DNA of 61,729 bases, counting the filler, from Dirinaria sp. TL-2023a (lineage: Eukaryota): NCBI GenBank assembly GCA_051941275.1. It is 6 parts of 6 records of this genome, joined end to end, with 100 filler letters (N's around TTAATTAATTAA, not from the genome) between each part and the next. Parts side by side here need not be neighbours in the genome. Positions count along the whole stretch, not along the records: positions 51,542 to 61,729 come from JAVEBF010000969.1; 5 more parts are not named here. One strand, 5' to 3'. Position 1 is the stretch's first letter. Each line of letters begins with the position of its first letter. Below are positions 51,542 through 61,729 of this stretch, piece by piece. Under the pieces are notes generated by a model. That model worked only from the letters and a program-made list of their open reading frames with translations. It searched no databases and was not told the origin of the DNA. A program made the position numbers and the translations under genes.

Positions 51542-52248
51542 GACGCAGAGTGATCGTTTTGAACACATTTTTGACTCAATGATCGCTCGATTTCAGCGTT
51601 TTTCTAACACTCTTCGAGTCGACGCGAAAAACTATCATGTTTTTGAATTTTCGAATTCTCAGTATATTTTTGCGCGTCGACAGCGTGTTGACGCTGTTGA
51701 GTTTTTGTGTTAATACGATCATTTTTGCCGCAATCATTTTTTATTTTTTTTTTCGTTTTCGCGTTTTTTTTGATTCAGATCACAATTTTCAGTTCTTTGC
51801 TCAGCTGACGTTTCGACGATGTAACAATAACGTTGACGCGTGTTGTTCTCTGTGCGCTCGCGATGCTCATGATCGTTATTTTCGCTCAATTGCTTTTTTT
51901 CTGCACGTGTTTCTTCTTTTGTACAGCTTTTTTAAGTCTGCTGATCATTTTCTCAAGTCGCGTAATCATCGCGTCGCTATCATTTTGTGTGATCGAGATA
52001 ATTGCGATTTCGCTCTGAAACGTTTTTGCGCGAATCATGTCGAACAGATTGTGCAGTTCAGTCATCGACATCATTTCGCTGACATTGATTTTTTTAAACT
52101 CATAGAGTCTCACAATCTTATTTATCTCATTCAATATTTCGTTCGATTTTGATATTTTTTTTTGCGAAGACGTCTCGATGATGTCTCGTTCATTTGTCGA
52201 CGTCGCGTCGATCGCGTTCATCTCATCGCGACGATCAGAGTGAATCGC
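51542..52248 (-). mobile_element. Hypermutated transposon relic, probably the 5' part of a non-LTR (LINE/Tad-like) ORF1/gag
   Basis: AT-rich, with a single CC/GG dinucleotide in about 700 bp. The minus frame gives a coiled-coil stretch, then KSN*AKI (compare SWAxVA of fungal LINE ORF1), ELKIVI*I and KTLKSSDH*VKNVF, with TGA at Trp-like positions. Confidence 0.6.
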
Positions 52249-52443
52249 GGGCCCCATCGTCAGTGGTAACCCTCAGTAGCTCTTCGAATTCAAAGGTAGT
52301 TTTAATTGATAATATGATCGAGTTCCTCAATCGATTTATAATGTTTCCCCAAAATATGTGTTTTTCTATGTAGATATTTGATCTAAAAGAATATAGACAA
52401 ATCGACACATCGTTATCGATTTACTGACAAAAAAATTATCAAT

Positions 52444-52577
52444 GAGAGAATAGTCATCGAGAGAACTGTCATCGAAAAAACTGTCATCGAGAGAACTGCT
52501 AACGAGAGAACTGCGAAGAGGGGACTGCGATCGAGAGAACTGCGAATGAGAGAACTGCGAACGAAAGAACTGTCATC
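52444..52577. repeat. Nine-copy ~15-bp tandem array, consensus GAGAGAACTG(T/C)(C/G)A(T/A)C
   Basis: Units: gagagaatagtcatc, gagagaactgtcatc, gaaaaaactgtcatc, gagagaactgctaac, gagagaactgcgaa, gaggggactgcgatc, gagagaactgcgaat, gagagaactgcgaac, gaaagaactgtcatc. Confidence 0.92.
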
Positions 52578-52858
52578 GTACAGAGCTCCTGAAACATTTG
52601 AAAATCTTTCCCTTTTCGTCCTGTGTGACTCCGAAATGAGCTATCAGATGAGACTTGTTGTTCAGAATTCTAAAGATCCTTATTTCATTTCTTGCTCGCT
52701 TGATCGAATTATTTACAAATATCACAGGATATTATCATGCAGAAGTGAAACGACTGAATATCTCAAGAGCATCTTCCTAGATCGGCGGCGATAAACCTAA
52801 GAGCTCATCAAGTGAAGTATCATGACATTTCTGATCGTACCTAAATGGGTTTTCTATC

Positions 52859-54971
52859 TTATGCCGGGTGAACTCTCTGAACGTCCGACTCATCCACCTC
52901 GATGATCGGCCCCGCGTACTCCTTGCGTCCTTTAACGCCGTAATAGAAAAGACTAAGAACGACCACCGATCCCCAAACCAGGCAGTTGTAATTCATGGTT
53001 GCGGCAGTAACCGCCGAGTCGGCGGGCCAAAAACTAAAGAACCAAGCTGTGGCTAGGAAGGCACAGACGACACCATTTAGTATGATTCCCGCAATCCCGG
53101 GAATATGCCATGGACCCCACGTCAGTGCAGCTCCAATCGTGTTTGTCAGGGTTTTGTCGGAGTCATCGTACAGTTGGATGCCACCGGTGCAACGGCGATA
53201 GAGCAGGAGGGACGTGGCCACCAAATAAGAAGAGTAGAGCCCCGCAATGGCGAGAGCTACTAGGTCTTCAAAAACAGTAGAGGAGCCGAAGTTGATCAAG
53301 GAAAGAAGGACGGATACGAGGGCTGTGAGGCCTACGGCATATATTGGAACCGAGGTACGTTGCTCTACCTGTTGCGACCGGAGTGCGTCAGCTTCAACCT
53401 AGTCATTGCTCGAGGTTTGGGTACAAGGGGAACTGATACGTCGCAGGAAGTGGAATGGAGCGGTTCACCTGCGAGAAGAACTTCCACCCAGGCACCCCGT
53501 GATCTCGTGAGAATGACCAAAACTGCCTGGAAGCCGCAGCAAGACTAGATGTTGTTGCGCAGATTTCCATGACCGCAATGATGGCCGTCATAGTAATCGC
53601 CCCTCCAGCAGAATTAGTCGCTGTGAACAATATCTGCATGAACGGATAGTCCGTGGGAGAGGCTAAAGCGGCATCGACATCTCCAATGCTATACAGGACG
53701 GCGATCAGCATAGCAAATCCTAAGATGCCGTTAAGGACATAAGTAGTCAATATGGATCTCGGTACGACAAGCGGTGCGTTCTCGATTTCCTCGGACATCT
53801 TCCATAGGGTTAGCATGGCGCAACAACGCGCAGGGGCGAGAAACGTAAACATACATGTATAGCGCTGTCTGCCCCTGCAGAATGGTATCAGCACATGCAT
53901 TACATAAGCTGTATCTAAAGCTACCTGAAAATGTCCACAACATTCCCAGGATGCCGATCATGAACGACAGACCCTGCGTCTGCCATTCGCCGCCGTTCGA
54001 AAATGTTGCAAAGACCTCGGCCGTACTTTGGTGCGGCGCAAGTGTCACAAGTGGGATCACCACTGCAAAGAATCCAAATATATGTAAAAGAAGCATCGTG
54101 GCTTCGAATCGTGGAAGCAATAGGCCTCCTCTCGTATTGATCAATACAGCGAAAGCTACCACAGCCCAACTCATCAAAACTAGATGGTATGGCTTGGGGG
54201 CGTAGTTCGGGTTGCCGAGGATCACCATGCCTTGGATAAGCGACGCGGAGAGGTAGGCACCTGAAGCAGTATTTGCTTGCCAGCCGCATACGGTGAGCCA
54301 GCCTGTGACCTATGAGATGCTCGTCTGGGAAGGTTTACCACTTTGGAAGATTTAAATACCCGTGATGTAGCTCAGTAAATTATGCATCGAAGGAGGAGCA
54401 AGCATTGAGACCCAGTGATACTGTCCTCCAGATGTAGGTGCCCTGCATTCCTAGTCATTACAAGCAGGTTTGAGATGGAGAAAGACAATACATGGATGCC
54501 AGCTCACTAATAACGGTGAATGAAAGCATGACTCCGATCCAGACGAAGAGGAATTCGTAGACCAGACCACCAGGGCCGCCACTAACGTATTCAGTGAGGG
54601 TAGCTTCCTTCGATGCAATTCATCCGCTTACTTGCTGAGTCCAAAAGTAAGTGTGCTTTCTTTCGTCAGTGACTTGTATTCGCCAGCATTAAGCCGTTAT
54701 ACTCACGTCAGCACAGTCTCCCATGCTATCAAAACCGTACAAGTGAAGCCTAGAATTGAGAGGAAGCCAAAGTTTCTCTAGGGCAAAGTAAGCTCCAACG
54801 ACTGGGGAAAAGAAAAGTCCTGTCGGGCCACACTTTCAAAACAGGCTTCTTTCCTAGGCGAAGGAGAGCAGCACGATCTCTCTCTGGGAACGGATTCGGT
54901 TGAAACCAGTTACTTGTCGGTTTGGTCCCGTGACGATTGCGCGGAGCCTTTGGCAGGAAGCCCTGTGCCAT
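52859..54971 (-). CDS. APC-family amino acid/GABA/choline permease; start approximate
   Basis: RLGKKPVLK|RNFGFLSILGF, GGPGGLVY, APTSGGQYHWVS, GADSAIH|MSEEI, SRQFWSFSRDHG and MNYNCLVWG. Many short introns. Confidence 0.9.
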
Positions 54972-56520
54972 ATTGGTATGTAGGGGAATAGATGTTGATG
55001 GTCACGAGTAGCGCATTCATGTAGACATCGTGGTGGAACGCGGCTTTCAGAAACACCTGTGGACAAGATCCAGTCCAAGCGCAAAGCATGAAGGGAAAGA
55101 GATCGTGAACACAGCGGAGATAATGTGAGCTGCTGTTACAATGCTGCATAGAAGCGGAAGAGAGACCGGTCGGGAGATGTGTGACATTAGCCAATGGATT
55201 GCTCAGGTTACGCGAACAAATCATCATCATTCGGAAAGTCTTCGAGCAGGAGTCGCACTGCATTTGGACCCCTCAAGTCAGCATCTGATCAAGTTGCCTC
55301 GTTGCCTTGCCGCATGGGGGTTGCATGACAGAAGAGCTGGAGTAAACTCTTATAATTTTACCGTGCATGAAAGGCCGATCATTTCCCGGTTCTATCTGCG
55401 CATTGTGACTGTCTCTCCTCCGGAAATTACGTAGATACATCCACCCACTCCAGTGGCTCAGCCGCATAGATAAGGGACACGGTCGGCATCAGGGGTTGTT
55501 CTGATGGGCGCCTTCCACACTCATTAGGATCCTTGGATGGCGTCGATGACACCGTGGGCGTTGACAGAGCATTGGCTGTTTTCTTGGGTGGGAGAGCCAA
55601 GAAGAATATATGTCATGTCCTGAGTGCAAGAGGCTCTTTGAATGTCGCGCTGGATGAGCGACCACGGGCCTGATAGAGATGCAGTCATACGGATGCCGCG
55701 TATGAGTGCACCCTTGCGTCTTTCACCCACCTCTTCGTTGAATGTGGTGGTAGATGCAGATCACTCCACAAATTCAGCACATTGGTAAGATACAAGTAAG
55801 CTGGCTTGCTGCATGAGCGACCACGTACTGGTTAGCGTGTTCACCCGCGCTTCCAATCACGGCTATTCTTTCCCCTTTTCGGTTTCGCGGCCGTCCAATC
55901 TAGGCTAGAGCTCTGCTGGAAGAGCAAAATCGAAACTGACAATGCGACGTATTTCACTTCGTCCTATTTTGCGATCGTTGCCCACCCCTCTCCGATTGAG
56001 CCACTGTGCCACATCAATGGACCTGGCTCGGTCGCCCGAGTGGTAGGAGCTTTGTTCCAGACGCTGAGGAACATGAGATTGTCCTATAGACGACCTTATG
56101 CTAATCCATTCTCCACTTCAGGATCCAGGGAGTCGTATCTCGAAAATTTGTTCTGCTTGCATCGACGCCTTATACTCTGCCTCTCGGAATTTATAACCAA
56201 TGATCTCTTTTCCAGTTGGACCATTGTCTTCGGACAATATGGTCATCCTGCATGTGCGTACGGAAAGCCTCATGCAGCAATACCTGGGCGGGGGCTGAGT
56301 TCTTGTATGGACATAGAGGAATGGCGGATCTAAGCAATTGCTGACCACCATCCCTTACGACCTCTTATGCCATAGACATGAGGGAAATCGCTTCTGAATC
56401 TTTATCCATTCCCCATCTGTGGCTTTTCTGAGCTAATTCACCTTCCCTACTCGACGGCACGGCTCGTCCCCTTTCGACGTGGGAGCTTTTTTCCTCGAAA
56501 CCTTCTTCTGTGCAACTCAT

Positions 56521-57818
56521 ATGTCTCAAACGGCGTTCATCACAGATCGGAACAAAACGTCCTTAATCCAGGTTATTACATGGTTCTTGCTCGCGACCAC
56601 CATTCTAAGCGTAATCGCTCGAGCCTTCACAAAAGCCGCTGTGATTCGTTTTGTTGGGCCCGATGATTATCTAGTCCCTATAGCATTGGTAGGTGCTCCC
56701 CCATAAACGCTATATTTGTGACGAAGTAGCTCACGGCACACGGGATATTAGATCTTTGCCATTGGACAGGCGATCGCGGTGACTATTCAAACCACAAATG
56801 GAGTGGGGAAGCCAACGTCCGAATTAAGCGCAGATCAAATAGATGCTATCTTGAAGGTTTCCAATGTGTTGTGCATCGCATAGATGCTAGCTCTAATCTT
56901 GCGGACAGGCGGGATACGCTGCTTCGCTCCTATATATAATGAGCCTACTATTCTCCAAGCTACCAGTCTTGGTCCTCCTCGGACTGATATCGCCTTCTCT
57001 TCGATACAAGCGCTTGCTCGTTTTCTCAGCTGCATTTATTGTCCTCTGGGCCTTGACTGCTGAGTTTGTCTCAGCATTTCAGTGTCGCTCTCCAGCGGTA
57101 TGGGATTACTTGGCCCAACAGTGTTTAGATCTCGTAGGTCTACCCGTTATCTTCGTCGTTTTCGGCAAGTTAATATGACCGCTAAAATTTTCCTTAGGCC
57201 ACTTGGTGGACGTATTTCGAAATCACGAACGGTGTAATTGATCTATGGTTGATCTTGTTGGGGTTTAGTCTCTTGTGGGGTGTGCAAACTTCTTTGAAGA
57301 GAAAAGTCTCCGTGCTACTCGTTTTCGGAGGGCGCTTACCGTAAGTGTACCGACACTATGTGTTCTTTTCCTAATTGATATCCAGGGCCGTTGCTGCCAC
57401 GATTTGCAAATTGGTGTTCTGGCGCAAGACCTGGGGAGGTTCCGACCCCGTCTTTGACACCTGGTCTGTTATCATTTGTACCCAGATTATCCAGTGCCTT
57501 AGCATCACATCGGCTTGCATCCTCTACCTAAAACCTTTTCTCGAAGCTCTCACTTCAGGATTCATCCATGGCGACGATCTACGTCGACGAGGTGTGATTA
57601 GTCCGTACACTCTCGCATCGAGTAATGTCGCATCGGCCTTCGCGTTGAAAAATCGGGAAGAAAGCAGTGATGTGGATGGAGTCTCATCATCGCAAAACCA
57701 ATCCGTGGAAACTGAACCGGTTAGCGAGAGGGCACAGGATCTTCTACCTGAGATCTCACCTGTGTCATCAATGCTGGATATAGCAAGGATGAATTTTGTG
57801 ATAGAGAGACGGATCTAG
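56521..57818 (+). CDS. PTH11-like (fungal rhodopsin-domain, non-CFEM) integral membrane protein
   Basis: Spliced TM segments with GPDDYL, NGVGK, FSKLPVL, AFQCRSPAVWDY and TSACILYLKPFLEALTSG. Confidence 0.82.
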
Positions 57819-58463
57819 TTACATCACACACTACTTCCAACATTTTTCTCTAATAAGTGTATATTACACTTTCCAAAAGACCGGTGCCAGCATCAGAAAA
57901 CTCAGCTGAGGAACATCTGCATGCGTCGGGTAGGCATAATCAGCGCACCGTCGTGTTTAAATTATGAATCAGCCGACTAGATTTGATATTGCGAACGAGA
58001 AGAGAAAGTTCTCACAGTCAAGCACAGGGGCCCGTGATCTTGTGACCACTCGTACGCATGTCCTAGAGGTAAACAGACGGGCCTGAATAGACCCTCGCCC
58101 TGGTACTCTAGTGTCAGTATTGCGAGTAGCTTAAGATTCGACACCTTGGATCCGTCATCATTCATGATGCAAGCCTACATATTTCATCTCTTCAGGTAGA
58201 TACATGTACCTTATGCAGGTACCTATCATTAGGTAATAGCACGATTGTGATCTTTTAAAAACCCCAAATGTAGGGTTGTAAGTGATGTTACAACCCACAC
58301 CTTCATTACATTCGGAAATCGCACCAAACATCAAGTCACGTACTTTGTCGGCGCTGACTCTCTGCTACTCATCAATCAAATTAAAGCCTGCGACTTAACT
58401 AAGAGCCATTCAAGATCAAACCTGTCATCAATTTTCGATATAGGTTGCGCAAAACACTACCTC

Positions 58464-59311
58464 ATGGCTCAGACCGATCGCTCGAGCTCTCTCACAACTA
58501 TCCTTCTCTTCACTCACGAAGATCAATACTCATCTGCTACGGAACATGCATTTCTCGCTAAGGCAGGCGACGGCACTCTGCCGGATCCGGCGGTCTGTAA
58601 GTGGCTCGTTCAAGACAAGTATTATCAGCTGGCATACGTGAACTTCATCGGTGCTCTGCTCGCGAAACTCGATCTCTTGCCGAGCGTATTTCCCTCTCAT
58701 TCAGCCGAGCGTCAGGTCGGAGGAGAGAACTTGTCACGAACAACATTCGATCTTCTTGTCGACTCTTTAACGGCCATCCGGCAAGAGATCGACTTCTACG
58801 ACAAGACGGCCGACAAATACAAGCTTGAGCTACAATATGCACCACCGAGTAAGACAACAGAAGAGTACATGAATCTATTTGCGGACGCAAGCGTCAAGGA
58901 AGTTCCACTTCTGCATGGGCTCGTAGTGTTGTGGGCCACCGAGCACGTATGTCATAGATTTTCCTTTCTGCGGTGTCGAGTACACCACTCCACCCTATTA
59001 AACAGGATTGGCCAGCGTCTAATCAAAACTCACAGTGCTATCACCGTGCGTGGACGTATGCATCACGTCAAACTGAAAGCGCTGCACAGTCACCTTTCGG
59101 CGGCGGCGGTAGTGATACCGGTGCAGTGGCAGCTCTCCACAAGGAATTCATCCCCAACTGGACGTCGGAACAGTTTGGCGGATTCGTCGAGAAATTGGCT
59201 TCAGTCACGGATGCTTGGGCGGCGCAGGCCGGCGACAGGGAGCACGACACATGCCAGCGTCTTTGGGCGCGTGTTCTGCAGCTGGAAACCGAATTCTGGC
59301 CGGAGGTCTAA
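58464..59311 (+). CDS. TenA/THI-4/PQQC family (heme-oxygenase-like fold) protein
   Basis: ATEHAFLAKAGDG, WLVQDKYY, VVLWATEH|CYHRAW, FIPNWTSEQF and LETEFWP. One intron. Confidence 0.85.
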
Positions 59312-59589
59312 ATAAGCTCAGGGGATGCTCCTGTTATTCGGTCACTGTAACAGACGCGCATGTGTCATTTCGCTCAAGAGCATGTTAGGTTCTTATCCAG
59401 AATAGAATGACCTGCTCTTAAATACTAACAGTGTGCTCTTTCCACGGCTTGCCATACCGATGAGCACTTCAACTAGTACAGTAGTTCAGTCGAGAATTTC
59501 AAACATAGAATGACACGCTTATCACGATCCCATTCAAGACCACTAAAGGACGTCCATAAATGCAATAGACTGAGGAGTACTCACGGCCT

Positions 59590-59960
59590 AAAGAACAGTC
59601 ATTCATTACACAGTCTCATCGCTCAAATACTTTTTTTCGTTATTGCAACTCAGAATCTCGATGAAAAAGAGTTCGTAACTTCATCAACGAGCGCATATGT
59701 GAATATTTCACAAGTATTATTTTCTCTTGGCAATCTGATTTGAGAATTGACGAAGACAATTATCTCAGAGTATAGTTCGTCCACTGATTCTGCAGGGATA
59801 ACTAAGTTTATATCAGAAAACAGTGCTTTATAGATAGATATGATATTGACGAGAGTATTAATCATGTGGAACTAAATCCATGAGAGCGAGATTTGAGTAG
59901 AAACCTCGCTCGCTAGCGTTCTTAAGATTTCTTCGCGAAAGCTCTGATACTATCACTCTG
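59590..59960. repeat. AT-rich, CC/GG-poor patch, probable degraded repeat remnant
   Basis: No CC/GG over about 59590-59728 and few afterwards. Same compositional signature as 51542-52248, but weaker. Confidence 0.4.
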
Positions 59961-60184
59961 AACCCGTGACAACTCAGCACCAATCGAGGACATTATAGAT
60001 TGTCCACTCAATGCCGGGTCTTTTCCTATCATAGATCCATCGTACTTTCATTGTGAAAGGCAATAGGCTCAGTAATTGAGATACTTGAGATATAATTCGA
60101 TCTCGCGGAGTCTATTCGGATGGAAGTACATCGTACACCTACGTCGATAAGTGGAGCTATTTCCACTGATCGAGACCCCTGAGT

Positions 60185-61168
60185 TTACATCCACTGCCTA
60201 TTTCCAAACTGCGAGACGAATGCACCGGCATACCCAGTCTCGATGCTGGCCCTCTCCCAAAGCGACCTGATATCTTGGACGGCTGCTTCTACGGTGACTG
60301 GACCTTTGAAGTGAGGCGCATAGGCTTGAATCTTGCCCATGAATTTCATCAACCCCTCGGTTTGTTTTGGGTTCACTGTGGGTGTACACATTAGTAAAAT
60401 GCCCAGAGATTTCAATCTCGAGGACGCAGGTGTGTACCGTCGCTAGTGTGGCCCACTTCCACCACTCCCGGGCTCATGCTGAAGACGAGCACACCGTCTT
60501 TCTTGTATTGTGCGCTGAACTTGGCCACAATGATGTTCAAAGCCGCCTTGGAGGCAGAGTATAAGGCAGAGTTCTCAATGTCGAAGTTGTTGATCCAGTC
60601 AAGATCGGCATGACCACTGCTGATGGCGATGACCTTCTTGGTCTTGCCCTTCAAGACAAGAGGCATGAAAAGGTTGAAGAAGTGGATGTTACCGGTGACA
60701 TTGGTCTTGAATAATTTGTCTGCAACGTCGTCAAGCTCCTCAGGCTCTTCACCCCTATTGGAAAAACTTCGTTAATCTCAGATACTAACCAGAGGGAAGT
60801 AGACCTACAATTCACCAATAGGTGAATAAGCGTCGAAGTGGGTAAGGAAACCTCCGTTGCCGACAAGATAGTCAATGCCACGCTCACCAACAATCTTGGC
60901 AGTGTCGGCAGCGGCTTGCTTCAGGCTGGCATAGTTGGTGAGGTCTCCACGAACGATGTGGACGTTAGAACGCTTGCCCAACTCTGTTGCCACTTTCTGT
61001 TCAACGGCAGCCTTGTTGCGGACCACACCGACGACCAGATTCTGCGGGTCTTCGGAGATGCTCTTAAGGAGCCCAAACTAGGCCAGATTAGACAAAGGCT
61101 ATGCGCGATAGGGCAAGCAGACTTACACCGATTCCGCTGGACACCCCGGTAATTGCGTACACAGACAT
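60185..61168 (-). CDS. Short-chain dehydrogenase/reductase (CsgA-like classical SDR)
   Basis: MSVYAITGVSSGIG (TGxxxGIG), IDYLVGNGG, KTNVTG, KVIAISS, catalytic YSASK and SMSPGVV. Multi-exon. Confidence 0.9.
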
Positions 61169-61729
61169 GTTGAGTGATTCGAACTTGAATGGGTGCGAGC
61201 TGATGCAAATAAGATAGAGTAGACTGCGATGTGTTGAGCGATTCCACATTGCCAAGTTCAACTAGCTCCTGATATATGGCAAAAAGCATGCAAGAGGTGC
61301 TTAATAATGAGATAGCTTGATTACGATAGCCAATATTCTTGATTTATAATTCGAATATTTGCCTTGCTTCGCATGACATCTGCATCTCCATTGTGCATGG
61401 ATCATGCACAGTGATAGCTATCTCAAGGGATTTTGAGCTTCTTCTCGATCGTGTCCTGTCACACGCTATGCAATGGTCATGCAATGAGAATCCTACTCTG
61501 CTTTGGTGATGGTTTCTCTGAGTACTTATGCCATCTGCCCTTGGCGTAATGGAATATTTGGAGGCAACGGCGCTAAGAGGTTCTCATACTACTAGGTACC
61601 CAGGCAAACTAAACAATTATGTGCACATCTTGTTGGAACTTGTGACCTACGACGTGCATGAATTGCTTCATTCAGTGGATTCTACGCTACCTTACCTCTA
61701 GGCCGCCGCTAAGCACACACCCCCCCTTC

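Noticed and set aside
51637..52152. 171-aa Phe-rich plus-strand ORF resembling a membrane protein
   Set aside because: It is the antisense by-product of the hypermutated, T-rich TE relic.
52444..52577. CRISPR-like array
   Set aside because: The units are contiguous ~15-mers with no unique spacers, the context is eukaryotic, and there are no cas genes.
52808..52822. ATCAAGTGAAGTATC resembling the U2 branch-pairing region
   Set aside because: There is a mismatch in the invariant GTAGTA and no flanking U2 sequence.
58200..58463. TPP riboswitch upstream of the TenA-like gene
   Set aside because: I found no TPP aptamer core motifs and no intron-embedded aptamer.
59941..59952. TAGTATCAGAGC (minus strand), one mismatch from a tRNA-iMet primer-binding site
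   Set aside because: No adjacent LTR end (..CA) or gag ORF is recognisable, and an 11/12 match could be chance.

Overview
This is eukaryotic DNA from a filamentous ascomycete (Pezizomycotina-type genes with short GT-AG introns). It is not one locus. Six unrelated contigs of 10228, 10224, 10205, 10196, 10188 and 10188 bp, in decreasing length order, are joined by an artificial 100-bp linker (N44-TTAATTAATTAA-N44). Contig 1: SSL1 (TFIIH p44, 3'-truncated), a CHS7-like chaperone, an intron-rich dynamin/SLIP-GC-like GTPase and a BC10/BLCAP-like protein. Contig 2: a Ser/Thr-rich cell-wall protein, an AhpC/TSA-like protein, an HpcH/HpaI aldolase and a Cys-rich secreted protein. Contig 3: an intronless siderophore-iron MFS transporter, RAD54 and COQ9. 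Contig 4: a DUF4449-type protein, DUG3 and a head-to-head pair of mitoribosomal genes (uL4m, mL38). Contig 5: a HELQ/Pol-theta-like helicase and SNT2 (truncated). Contig 6: a hypermutated LINE ORF1 relic, a 15-bp tandem array, an APC permease, a PTH11-like protein, a TenA-like protein and an SDR. The strongest unusual signal is repeat DNA in contig 6 that has lost almost all CC/GG dinucleotides while keeping CpA and CpG, with Trp codons turned to TGA. This points to CpC-directed RIP-like hypermutation rather than canonical CpA RIP. Also notable are an intron-split RAD54 start codon with two competing donors, recurrent AGGTA/TACCT intergenic clusters and a possible spliced non-coding (snoRNA-host-like) transcript. 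I found no tRNA, rRNA or CRISPR array. Family assignments come from motif recognition only; no database searches were run.
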